DNA of 64,000 nucleotides from Alphaproteobacteria bacterium (GTDB lineage Bacteria; Pseudomonadota; Alphaproteobacteria; UBA828): NCBI GenBank assembly GCA_963422645.2, contig CAXXVO010000004.1, positions 224,001 to 288,000 of the forward strand, read 5' to 3'. Shown piece by piece: positions 42,296 to 52,471 of this stretch (position 1 is its first letter; each line of letters starts with the position of its first letter). The notes under the pieces were generated by a model. It saw only the letters and a program-made list of their open reading frames with translations, ran no database searches and was not told where the DNA came from. The position numbers and the translations under genes were made by a program.

Positions 42296-43016
42296 GGACC
42301 GCTCCCGTCACGCGAGAGAGCAGTCCATAGTCCCGCAACTCTATGAGGTCAAGAACCAATCGCGGTGGCAGAACCAGACCGCGGCCGCCGCCATAATCAC
42401 CGTCCTAAACTCAGGATTGGGGTACCTGGGTAGTTACGTTTCCTGAGGGCGATCGGAGACTTGGTGCCCAACGAAGGAGAGACCAAGAGGCGTATCCCCG
42501 ATCTTTCCCCTAACGATATTGCGGTCGCACTTTGGATCGAGGTCGACGATGTTGCGGCCCTACTTGGCTCGGATCTGGAAGGGCGCGGCTGGGTACAAAT
42601 ACTGGGGAGTGCGGCACGCCCGACCGGCAAAGCCTCGGCGTTCAAGATTCCGCATCATGGTTCGGAGAATGCCGACGAGCCGCAGGTGTGGCAGCGAATG
42701 CTGGATACCGATCCCTTCGCGGTGCTCACACCTTGGCGAAGAGGTGGACACACCTTACCGAGTGAGCCGGGCGTAAAGCGCATCCTGTCGAATACCACGA
42801 ACGCTTACGCAAGCTCAGCGCGCACATCCGTCGTGGCGTCCTCTAAGCGTCGAGGCCGTGCGGTTGATCGGACTATCCGGGAGTCGGGTGTCAAACTCCG
42901 ACGGCTCGATTTGTCTCCCGGCGCGGTTCGCCTGCGGAAGGTGATTCACGCTGAGGATCCCTGGCAAGTCGAGTTGTTTGGAGCGGCTTGTCATCTTGAG
43001 GACTTCGCTTAAGTGA

Positions 43017-43137
43017 TCGCGGCCTTCGTCGAGAAGCGCAGGCCAAGCTTCACCGGGCGCTGAACGATGGGCGCGCGCCTCGCGGGCAAGACCGCACTGA
43101 TCACGGCGGCGGGGCAAGGTATTGGCCACGCGACGGC
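43017..43137 (+). repeat. 121-bp direct repeat, right copy
   Basis: Matches 37891-38011. Confidence 0.92.
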
Positions 43138-43807
43138 CGTCGCCTTTCAGAAGGAGGGCGCGCGGCTTTGGGCCACCGACATCGACGAGAGCAAGCTCGC
43201 GGGCCTCGCCACGCTGGAGGGCGTCACCTGCCGGGCGCTCGATATTCGCGATGACGGCGCCGTGACGGCTGCGGCGGAGGAGATCGGCGCGCTCGACGTG
43301 CTCTTCAGCTGCGCCGGCCGCGTGCCCCACGGCGCACTCCTCGACTGCGAGCCCGCGGACTGGGAAGAGACGCTAAGCGTTAACGTCACCGCGATGTACC
43401 GGATGATCCGCGCCTTCCTGCCGGCCATGCTGGCCCAGGGCGGCGGCTCGATCATCAACATGGCGTCGGTGGTCTCCTCGGTGAAGGCCGCGCCCGACCG
43501 CTGCGCCTACGGCGCCAGCAAGGCTGCGGTCATCGGCCTCACCAAGTCGGTGGCGCTCGACTACGCCACGCAGGGCATCCGCTGCAACGCGGTCTGCCCC
43601 GGTGCGGTCGATACCCCTTCCCTCGATGAGCGCTTCAATGCCCGCCCCGACCCGGACGCCGCGCGCAAGGCATTCATCGCGCGCCACCCGCTGGGGCGGA
43701 TAGGATCGCCGTCGGAGATCGCGGCGCTCTGCGTCTATCTCGGCTCGGATGAGTCCGCCTTCACCACCGGGCAGGCGATGGTGATCGACGGCGCCTGGGG
43801 GCTGTAG
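43067..43807 (+). CDS. SDR oxidoreductase (BDH2/DHRS6-like)
   Basis: TAAGQGIG, YGASK. Confidence 0.92.
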   Translation: MGARLAGKTALITAAGQGIGHATAVAFQKEGARLWATDIDESKLAGLATLEGVTCRALDIRDDGAVTAAAEEIGALDVLFSCAGRVPHGALLDCEPADWEETLSVNVTAMYRMIRAFLPAMLAQGGGSIINMASVVSSVKAAPDRCAYGASKAAVIGLTKSVALDYATQGIRCNAVCPGAVDTPSLDERFNARPDPDAARKAFIARHPLGRIGSPSEIAALCVYLGSDESAFTTGQAMVIDGAWGL

Positions 43808-43812
43808 CCGCC

Positions 43813-45999
43813 CTACTCTCCGGCCGCCGGGCCCCTGCTTCCGGTGAGCGCGGCCATCATGTTGTCGATCAGCCGCATGCCGATGTTGTCGTCGAGGGAA
43901 AGGATCGATTCCGGGTGGAACTGGACGGCGGCGATCGGCCTCTCCTTGTGCTCCAGCGCCATGACGACGCCGTCGTCGGTCTCTGCGGTGACCCTGAGCA
44001 GGTCGCCGGGGAGCGACACGCGCGCGGCGTATAGCGAGTGATAACGGCCGACGCGAAAACGCTCGGGCAAGCCCTGAAAGAGCGCGCTGTCCCTCACCGT
44101 GACGTCCGAGGGCTTGCCGTGGACCGGCTCGTCGAGCTGGCCGAGCTGCCCGCCGAAGTACTCAGCCACGGCCTGGAGGCCCAAGCAGACGCCGAAGAGC
44201 GGCACGCCCTTCGCCAGCACCAACTCGATGGTCTCGGCGGTGCCGAAATCGGTGGGCCGGCCGGGGCCGGGCGAGAGCACGACCAGATCGGGCGTGTCCT
44301 CTTGCAGCATCCGGCGCGCGGGCTCTGGCCGAAGCGTTTCGACCTCGGCGCCGGTCTGGCGCAGGTAGTTGGCGAGCGTGTGGACGAAGGAATCCTCGTG
44401 GTCGACCAGGAGCACGCGCCTGGCAGGCCCCAACTGGGCTGAGGTTGCGCGTACCGGTGCGGGCGCCGCCTCCGCCCGCACGGCGGCGAAGAGCGCCGAC
44501 GCCTTGAGCCGGCATTCCTCGTCCTCGGCCTCTGGTTCGCTGTCGTAGAGCAGCGTGGCGCCAGCCCTGATCTCGGCGATGCCGTCCTTCATGCGGACGG
44601 TGCGGAGCGTGAGCCCGGTGTTCATCGCGCCGTCGAAGCCGATGCGGCCGATGGCGCCGCCGTACCAGCGGCGTGCCGAGCGCTCGTTCGCCTCGATGAA
44701 GCGGATCGCCCAGTGCTTGGGCGCGCCGGTTACCGTCACCGCCCAGGTGTGGCTGAGGAAGGCGTCGAGCGCGTCGAATTCGGGCCGGAGGATGCCTTCC
44801 ACGTGATCGACCGTGTGGATCAGGCGTGAGTAGAGCTCCACCTGGCGGCGGCCGATCACCCGCACCGAGCCAGGCTCGCAGATGCGTGACTTGTCGTTGC
44901 GGTCGACGTCGGTGCACATGGTGAGCTCGGCCTCGTCCTTGGCCGAGTTGAGCAGCTTCGCGATCTGGGCAGCGTCGCCGAGCGCATCCTTGCCGCGCGC
45001 GATGGTGCCGGAGATCGGGCAGGTCTCGACCCGGCGGCCCTCGACCCGCACGTACATCTCGGGCGAGGCCGCGACCAGGAACTCGCCGGCGCCGAGGTTC
45101 ATCAAGGCGCAGTAGGGCGCCGGGTTGATGGTGCGCAGCCGGTCGAACACCGCGGAGGGCGCGTCGGCACAGGCTTCGCTGAACTGCTGGCTCAGCACCA
45201 CCTCGAAGAGGTCGCCCCGGCGGAACGCATCCTTCGCGCGGTCGACCGCCGCCGGATACTGGCCCGGCTCGTGGTCGTTCTCGGGCGGCTCGTTGCCGGG
45301 AAGTGCGGGCCTGTAGGCGTCTTCTCTCGGGTCACGCGCCATGTCGCGCGTGTCACCGGTGGACGTGACGAAATCGTAGCGATGCCGCACCGCCCGGTCC
45401 GACATGTGATCGACGACCAGGATCTCGTCGGGCACGAAGAGCACCAGGTCGCGCTGGTCGGCGGGGCGCTCGAGCTTGAGCTCCACCGGTTCGAACTGGT
45501 GGGCGAGGTCGTAGCCGAAGGCGCCGTAGAGGCCGAAGTGCTGGTCTTCGTCGTTGCCGAAGAGCTCGATGATCGCGCGCAGCAGGCTGAAGATGGAAGG
45601 CTGCCGGCTGCGCTGCTCCTCCGGCACGATCTCCACCGGCGGGTGGATCTGCCCGTGCAGGCGATCGCCCTTCGCTTCCAGCGACGCGACGGCGGCGAGC
45701 GGCTCGACGGCGGCGCGGATGGGCTCCAGCAGAACCCGGCCTCGGGGCTCCAGCGCCGCGACCTCGAAGTCGCGCCCGCGGCAGGTGATGGCGAGCGGCG
45801 GGGCGGCGAAGCCCAGATCCCAGCGCGTGTAGCGGCCGGGGAACTCGAAGCAGGAGGACATGAAGACGCCGGGATAGCGGTCCAGACGCTCGACCAGAGC
45901 CGCGGCCGCAGGGCCGACCGCCGTCTCGCGGTCGTTGCGGTGGATGGTGATGCCGCCGCGGGTGCGATAGCGGCGGTCGCTGGCGACGGGTTCGCTCAT
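43813..45999 (-). CDS. trpE: Fused anthranilate synthase TrpE(G)
   Basis: CPISGT, VTGAPK; GATase SPGPG, GVCLG, QFHPES. Confidence 0.95.
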   Translation of the reverse strand: MSEPVASDRRYRTRGGITIHRNDRETAVGPAAAALVERLDRYPGVFMSSCFEFPGRYTRWDLGFAAPPLAITCRGRDFEVAALEPRGRVLLEPIRAAVEPLAAVASLEAKGDRLHGQIHPPVEIVPEEQRSRQPSIFSLLRAIIELFGNDEDQHFGLYGAFGYDLAHQFEPVELKLERPADQRDLVLFVPDEILVVDHMSDRAVRHRYDFVTSTGDTRDMARDPREDAYRPALPGNEPPENDHEPGQYPAAVDRAKDAFRRGDLFEVVLSQQFSEACADAPSAVFDRLRTINPAPYCALMNLGAGEFLVAASPEMYVRVEGRRVETCPISGTIARGKDALGDAAQIAKLLNSAKDEAELTMCTDVDRNDKSRICEPGSVRVIGRRQVELYSRLIHTVDHVEGILRPEFDALDAFLSHTWAVTVTGAPKHWAIRFIEANERSARRWYGGAIGRIGFDGAMNTGLTLRTVRMKDGIAEIRAGATLLYDSEPEAEDEECRLKASALFAAVRAEAAPAPVRATSAQLGPARRVLLVDHEDSFVHTLANYLRQTGAEVETLRPEPARRMLQEDTPDLVVLSPGPGRPTDFGTAETIELVLAKGVPLFGVCLGLQAVAEYFGGQLGQLDEPVHGKPSDVTVRDSALFQGLPERFRVGRYHSLYAARVSLPGDLLRVTAETDDGVVMALEHKERPIAAVQFHPESILSLDDNIGMRLIDNMMAALTGSRGPAAGE

Positions 46000-46118
46000 C
46001 GCGCCCTTATCCCACCTGCCGAGAGGGCCAACAACCCCGGCTGGCACGGCCACAGCCGCATAGCGGCCAGGCGATCAGCGCCTCAAAATTGCCTTGATGC
46101 CGGGCAACGATCGAGAGG

Positions 46119-47576
46119 GTGCACCGAGAGAGAGCCGGGCACACAGTGATCGAAGAACCCGACACCCCGACCGAGGAGCGACCGGCGCTCGTGCTTCCAT
46201 TTGTTCCGGAGCAGCGGCGGTCCATCGCTGCTTGCGCGTATGCCATGAGCGACAGCCTGATCGGCGGCTTCGACGCCGCCGACTTCAAGGAAGACATCAC
46301 CGAGCGGAAATTCCTCTGGTTTCACCACTTCCTGGTGAACCATCCAGACGGCGTGAAGCACGTCCTGCAGGACAACGCCGCAAACTACGTCAAGGCCGGG
46401 ATCGTCCGCCCGCTGCTGACGCCGGCGCTGGGGAACGGCCTCGTCACCATCGAAGGCGACGCCTGGCGCTGGCACCGCCGCATCATGACGCCCGCCTTCA
46501 ACGCCAAGAGCGTCGCGGGCTACGCCGGCATCGTGACCGAGGCGACCGACGCCACGCTGCGCGCATGGGACGAGGACGGGTCGGACCGCCCGCTCGACCT
46601 CGAAGACGCCATGAAGGAGCTGACCCTCGATATCATCGCGCGCGCCATGTTCTCGTCGGACAGCGAGCGGATAAAGGACACCCTTCACCGGAGCTCGACC
46701 AGCTATCAGGCGGAAATGAACCTCAGCCCCTTCGCCTTGATTCCGGGGATCAACCGCGTGTGGGCCCGTCTCAAGGAGCGGCGGGCGGCGCGGATTCTGA
46801 AAGACCTGAACGTCCTGATGGCGCAACTCATCGAATCGCGAAAGGCCCGATCCAGCGGGCCTTCGAACGACGACCTGTTGGATCGGCTCCTGCACGCGCG
46901 CGACCCGGAAACCGGACGCGGGCTATCGGCGAGCGACGTGCGCGACGAGATGGTCACCATCTTCGTCGCCGGGCACGAAACAACGGCGCTGGCGCTCTGC
47001 TGGACATGGTTCCTGCTGTCGCAGCATCCGGAGGTCGAGCGGAGGGTCTGGGCGGAAGTGGACGACACGTTGAATGGCGCGGCACCTACCTGTGACGATG
47101 TTCGCCGCCTGACATACACGCGCATGGTCTTCGACGAGGCGCTCAGGCTCTTCCCCCCGGTTCACTCGCTCGCTTGGCGCCAGGCGCTGGAGTGGGACGA
47201 GGTCTGCGGGCGCGCAATCCCTGCGGGCGCCATCATCGGCATCATCCCCTGGGTCATCCATCGCCACCGCGCGCTGTGGGACGCACCGGAGCGCTTCGAC
47301 CCCGCGCGTTTCTCGCCGGAGCGGGGCAACGAACATCCGCGTTGCGCGTACATCCCCTTCAGTGTCGGCCCGCGCTTCTGCATCGGCGCCTCGCTGGCGT
47401 TGACCGTGGGCGTCATGGTGCTGGCGCATGTGGCGCAGCATTATCGGCTGCGCCTCGCCCCGGATCAGCCCGTCGAACCGCGCGGGCTGCTCACGCTTCA
47501 CCCGCGCAACGGGCTCCTTATGCGCCGCATCCGACGTAGCGCTCAGAGGCGGCGCAGCTCAACCACGGACTCGTAG
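46119..47576 (+). CDS. Cytochrome P450
   Basis: AGHETT, EALR, FSVGPRFCIG; start uncertain. Confidence 0.93.
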   Translation: MHRERAGHTVIEEPDTPTEERPALVLPFVPEQRRSIAACAYAMSDSLIGGFDAADFKEDITERKFLWFHHFLVNHPDGVKHVLQDNAANYVKAGIVRPLLTPALGNGLVTIEGDAWRWHRRIMTPAFNAKSVAGYAGIVTEATDATLRAWDEDGSDRPLDLEDAMKELTLDIIARAMFSSDSERIKDTLHRSSTSYQAEMNLSPFALIPGINRVWARLKERRAARILKDLNVLMAQLIESRKARSSGPSNDDLLDRLLHARDPETGRGLSASDVRDEMVTIFVAGHETTALALCWTWFLLSQHPEVERRVWAEVDDTLNGAAPTCDDVRRLTYTRMVFDEALRLFPPVHSLAWRQALEWDEVCGRAIPAGAIIGIIPWVIHRHRALWDAPERFDPARFSPERGNEHPRCAYIPFSVGPRFCIGASLALTVGVMVLAHVAQHYRLRLAPDQPVEPRGLLTLHPRNGLLMRRIRRSAQRRRSSTTDS

Positions 47577-49137
47577 AGCGCGCTCCCGTTGGCCTTTCCG
47601 GCACGGACGCTGGACTCGACGATACTGCTGCCGACCCGCGTCTCGCGGGGAACGTGGATGCCAGCGACGGCGAAGCCCCGCGTTTCGGCGATCGAGGCGA
47701 GGAAGCGGTCGGTCGGGATCGGTACCCCCTGCAGGATCGAGTTTCCGATCACCACCAGCCCTGTCGCGCCCGGCCGCAGGCACCGGGCCGCGCCGTCGAG
47801 GAAGCGAGCGCAGTCGTTGAAGTACTGTGCCGCGTAGTTGGCCCAGCCGTTGCCGCCATAGACGCCCTTGTCGGGGTTGCGCTGCCTGACGGCGTCGATC
47901 GCTTCCCTGATCTCGCCGTTGTCGATGGAGGGGTCGAGGTCGATGCGCTCTCGGTCGCGGGCGTTTTGCCAGTAGGTGCCGAAGTTGAGCGCCTCCAGGC
48001 GCTTCAGGTCGCGCGGAGAGCAGCAGAACCCCAGCCAGTAGAGGTGCGGGCGGGTGTTGCGGTTGTAGTGGTAGTTGTTGAGGTAGGGCGGGGAGGTGAC
48101 GAGCAGGTCCACGCTCCCCTCCTCGAGCGCGCTGTAGCCCTCGAAGAAGGATTCTTCGAGCACGCGCCCATCGTCTCGCGCAGGGTTCGCGCGCGTGTCG
48201 CGATACCAGGCGGCATCGTCCGCCATCTGGCGGAGCTTCGCCGCGATGGCGCCGGCTACGTCGTGGTCCTCGACCTCAGGGCGCCCGACCGAGGCCTTGC
48301 GCCCCAAACTCAGACTTCCTGACCTCGTGATGCTGGCTGTTCTGGGCAGCGTGCCGGGAACTCCTTGAATTCTGATACATTTCGGTTGTTTCAGGCGGTT
48401 TTTCGCTGGGTGTCGCGCCCGAGGTCTGATATTATAATTTGATACCAATTGCACGGGGTCTCAACCATGCCCAGTACCCTCCCAATGTGCCCTCCAGAGG
48501 CGGTCTCGATCGGCAACAGCTGCTTCGCCGTCCTGATCTCGGACGACACCTTCACCTACTTTTCCAACCTCATTCCCTTTGACAGCCACGCCGCCGATGA
48601 CCGCACGGCCATGCTCTTGCGGATCGGCCGCCTCGCGGCGATCAGCGCGGTCTCGCCGCAGGAACTGGCTGACGCTTTCGCTGTCTCGCGCGCGACGGTG
48701 CAGCGCGCACGACGGCGCTACCTGGCCGAGGGCGAAGCGGGGTTCATGAAGCCCCGGCGCGGTCGCGGGCCGTCGGTGTTCACTCCGGAGTTGGCGGAGA
48801 AGGCGACGGCGTTGCTGGCATCGGGCCTGAGCGGCTCTGCGGCGGCCCGGGTTCTCGGCGTGTCAGCGCCATCGGTCAACAAGTGGCGCCGTCAGGGACT
48901 GATCGGCAACACGGAGGCGGATGGGGAGCCCGGACGCTCAGCGCTGGCTGCGCCGCCTGACGCGGGTGCGGCTCCTGAAGGCCGTGTCGATGAAGAGAGT
49001 ACCGGTGCCCCGGGGCCGGAGACGGCGCCGGGGCTGGAAGCGCAGCCGCAAACGGATCGCAGCGCGCGCGATCGGCGGGACCGGCAGGCGCCGATGGGGC
49101 GTGCGACTTGCGATGTTCCGGCTCGGGTTCTGGCCAG

Positions 49138-50188
49138 ACCGCTTATGCACATGGCTCCGGTTCGATCAACATGCTGTAGGTAAGGGGTTTTGCATTGGTG
49201 GCGATGCGGAAGAGCGAGCGGAAAGCAGCGTGGCGGGTTTTGCGGCGGTTGAAGCGAAAGGCGAACTCATCGAGATAGGCCTGCAGATGCTTGCGGCGCA
49301 GCCCGTGGTAGACGCCTCGCGCCCATCCTTTGAGGTTGGAGAAGACTTGGTGGATCCACGGCAGGACGAGGTGAGCGGCGGTCTTCCCGACGACATGGAC
49401 ATTGTGGCGATCGGCGGGGACCGCAGCGTAGCCGGACCAGCCGTCGGTTTTCGCGATGGCGTCGGGATCGGCGGCGGTTTCGACGAAGTGTCCGAGGTCG
49501 GCGGCGCCGTAGGAGGAGATTTCGGCCAGCCGCAGGCGGCCCGGGATGGTTCCATCCCCCAGTTCGATGGCGCCGACGATGAGCATCTTGCCGTCGTGGC
49601 TGCGTCCTTGCCCTCCGGTGGGAGGATCGTCTTTGGTCCGGAATGGAAGGCTGGCCTCGTCGATTTCCACCAGGCCCGACAACGGGTTGCGCTCGGGGTC
49701 GACCATGCTGGCGCGCAGCTTGTGGGCGAGCAGCCAAGCGCTGCGGTAAGAGCCGATACCGAGCTGTTTCTGGAGCTGCAGGGCAGAGATGCCGTTGGAG
49801 TGGGTCGCCATCAGGTAGGCGGCCCAGAACCAGACGGTGAGCGGCAGCTTGCTGGCGTGCAGGATCGTCCCGGCCGTCACCGAGGTCTGCCGGCGGCAGC
49901 CGGCGCACTCGAAGGTGTGTGCTTTTCTGCGCAGCGCCCATCCCTTTTCATGGCCGCACGCGGGACAGACGAAGCCGTCCGGCCAGCGCATTTCGATCAG
50001 CCAGGCGGCGCAGGCGTCATCGTCCGGGAACATGTGCTGGAAGGCGAGGAGGCTGTCGGCGACCTGTTTCATGTGGTGGCTCCGTCGGCAGGAACGTATA
50101 GGCAACATTCTACCCGTTCTCCCGCCCTAACCTCAACCTCAACATCTGGTGGCAAACTCTCGCGACCGGAGCCATGTGCATAAGCGGT
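49138..50188 (-). mobile_element. IS1595-family element (1051 bp)
   Basis: 24-bp TIR ACCGCTTATGCACATGGCTCCGGT; 8-bp TSD CTGGCCAG at 49130-49137 and 50189-50196. Confidence 0.95.
49143..50072 (-). CDS. IS1595 transposase
   Basis: RWPDGFVCPAC zinc ribbon, VEIDE, TDG, YLDEFAFRFNRR. Confidence 0.95.
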   Translation of the reverse strand: MKQVADSLLAFQHMFPDDDACAAWLIEMRWPDGFVCPACGHEKGWALRRKAHTFECAGCRRQTSVTAGTILHASKLPLTVWFWAAYLMATHSNGISALQLQKQLGIGSYRSAWLLAHKLRASMVDPERNPLSGLVEIDEASLPFRTKDDPPTGGQGRSHDGKMLIVGAIELGDGTIPGRLRLAEISSYGAADLGHFVETAADPDAIAKTDGWSGYAAVPADRHNVHVVGKTAAHLVLPWIHQVFSNLKGWARGVYHGLRRKHLQAYLDEFAFRFNRRKTRHAAFRSLFRIATNAKPLTYSMLIEPEPCA

Positions 50189-52471
50189 CTGGCCAGTTGT
50201 GGACAGGCGGGGCCGGTCGAACCGCAGTTCGCCGCCGCCGCCCGCGGTGTCCGCTTCGGCGGCGTGCTCGCCGCCCTGCCGGCCCTGCTGAAGGAAGGTC
50301 TTCTCTCCGAGACCGGTCTCCTGCCATTGCTGCCGAAGGGCTATTACGGCTTGCCTACGATCCTGCTCTTCCTGGCCTTCATGACCTTGGCGCGGGTGCG
50401 CAACCCCGAGAGCCTGCGCTACCAGGCGCCGGGCGAATGGGGCGCCATTCTCGGCCTCGATCGCTGCCCCGAGGTCAAGACGCTGCGCCGCAAGATCGCT
50501 CTCATCGCCGACGACGAGGCCGGCGTGCGGGCGTGGCAGCTCGCCCTTGCCAGGCGCTGGCAAGGCCGACGAGCCGGAGCTCTGGGCGACGCTGGCCATC
50601 GACGGGCACGTCAAGGTCTACTCCGGCCGCAAGGGGCGCTTGCCCAAGCACTTCGTCTCGCGCGAGAAGCTGTGCCTGCCGGCGAGCGCCAGCTACTGGA
50701 TCAACGCTCTGGGCGGCAAGCCGCTGCTCTGTCTGCACAAGCCGCTGGACCCGAAGATGGTCGCGGCCATCGAAGCCGACGTGGTGCCGGCGCTGCAGGA
50801 GCTTGGGATCGTTGGCGCCGGGGCGCCGGACCTGACCGCCGAGCATCCCGGCCAGCCGGCGCTCACCCTGGTCTTCGACCGCGAGGGCTGGAGCCCGGAT
50901 CTGTTCCGCCGGCTGGCGAGGCGCGGCGTCGCCTGCCTGACCTGGCACAAGAACTTCAGGGGCGAGGACTGGCCGGCCGAGGACTTCGGCGCGATGACCG
51001 TTCCCATTCACGGACCGGCGGCGGACGGCAGCGCCACCATGCGGCTGGCTGAGAAGCCGGTGACGTTGCCGAACGGCTTCAGGGTGCGCCAGATCCGCCG
51101 CCTGCTCGACAACGGCCGTCAGGTGCCGCTGATCACCACCGATCCGCACAAGCCGATGGCTGAGGTTGCGGGCGCCATGTTCTCGCGCTGGTCGCAGGAG
51201 AACTTCTTCAAGTACATGCGTGACGAGTTCAATCTCGACGCCCTGCCGACCCACGAGCTCGAGCCTCTCGATCCCGCCGCCATGGTCGTCAACCCGCTGC
51301 GGCGGGCCTATGACAAGGCAATCCATCGCCTCGACCGCCAGCTTGGCCGCCTGCGCAACCGCATCGCCGACACGGCCCGGAAGAAGCAGCCGACGGCGGA
51401 ACTCAGGAGGGAAGTCAGGGACCTCCAGGATGTCCGCGACATCGTCAGGGCCAGCCGCAGGGAGACGCCCAAGCACTGCCGGGCCGGCGACCTCGACGAA
51501 GCCGAGCAGCTCGATGCCTTGCCCGCGCGCGAGCGCCTCCTCCTCGACGTCATCCGGATGATCGCCTACCGCGCCGAAACCCGCATGATGCTTCCCGTCA
51601 TGCAGGCGCAGGGCCACAAGCCCCATCCCCGGAAACTGCTTCAAGCGCTGCTCACCGCCGATGCCGACATCCTGCCGGATCCTGGCAATGGCCTCCTGCG
51701 GGTCCACATTCTTGGCCTCGCAAACGACGCCTGCGACCGTTGGATCGATGCGGTTCTGAGCGACCTGAACGCCACCGAAACGGTCTTCCCCGGCACCCGT
51801 CTGCGCATAGTCTACGACATCGACGGGGCCTCGGAATCCGCGCGGCTCGTGTCACCTAAAATCAGCAGAGGTCAGGAAGTCTGAAACTCGGCTCGTAGGA
51901 GTAGTTGGAATAGCCCACCATGGTCGCGGCGAAGGCGAGGCGGAAGAGCGCCGCAACCGGCGCCTCCAGCGTCCCCATAAAATCGAAGGTCAGCAGCACT
52001 TTGCGCTCGACCGCCGGGCTGTAGAACGGCGCCCGTGTGCGGAAGGCTGCGGGAGGCGATGCCTTGGGCACGCGGCCCGTGCGCTCGCCTTCGTCCATGA
52101 ACGTGACGAATTCCGTGGCGGCGGCGCTGAGCCGCGTGGGCTCCAGCCGGTGCGCCCCCAGCTTCGCCCGCGCGGCGAAGGCGGCATAGGGATTGATCTC
52201 GAACCCGATGACCGCGTGGCCGGCGAAATCGGCCTCGACCAGCGTCGTACCGACGCCCGCGAAGGGGTCCAGCACGACACCCGGCTCCGGCAGGTGACGG
52301 GTCAGCGCGTCCTGGACGAATTGCCGCGAAAAACCCGCGATCCAGGGAACCCACCGGTGCACCGGCGTCTCCCGATTGGCCATGAAGGCGGGATCGCGGA
52401 AGGCCCCGCGGCCCTCCGCCCGGCCGGCGGAAGCGCTCACCGGCCGCGGCAGCACGCCGCCCCGCCGGCGG

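Larger units (their letters stand above)
39927..42437 (-). mobile_element. Complete IS66-family element (2511 bp) with methyltransferase passenger
   Basis: TIR GTAACT[G/A]CCCAGGTACCCC; 8-bp TSD GTTTCCTG at 39919-39926 and 42438-42445. Confidence 0.96.
39414..43012 (+). pseudogene. ComEC-like MBL-fold hydrolase interrupted by IS66
   Basis: THWHDDH before the IS; LLGSDLE and KIPHHGS after; removing the IS and one TSD gives 1080 nt in frame. Confidence 0.88.
48311..51883 (+). mobile_element. Unclassified IS, copy 1 (2514 bp plus nested IS1595)
   Basis: 16-bp TIR CAGACTTCCTGACCTC; TSD AAACT at 48306-48310 and 51884-51888. Confidence 0.92.
48467..51884 (+). pseudogene. HTH plus DDE-like transposase, interrupted and frameshifted near 50562
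   Basis: HTH, IDGH, FDREG, RWSQENFFK. Confidence 0.82.
47543..52455 (-). pseudogene. DNA methyltransferase (SPPY, probably N4-mC) interrupted by nested IS
   Basis: LDPFAGVGTT in 51884-52455, VTSPPY in 47543-48305; rejoins in frame as YEPS-LGRK (1335 nt). Confidence 0.88.

Noticed and set aside
31556-45999. ThiS-ThiG and TrpE-TrpG fusions as novelties
   Set aside because: Both are known in Alphaproteobacteria.
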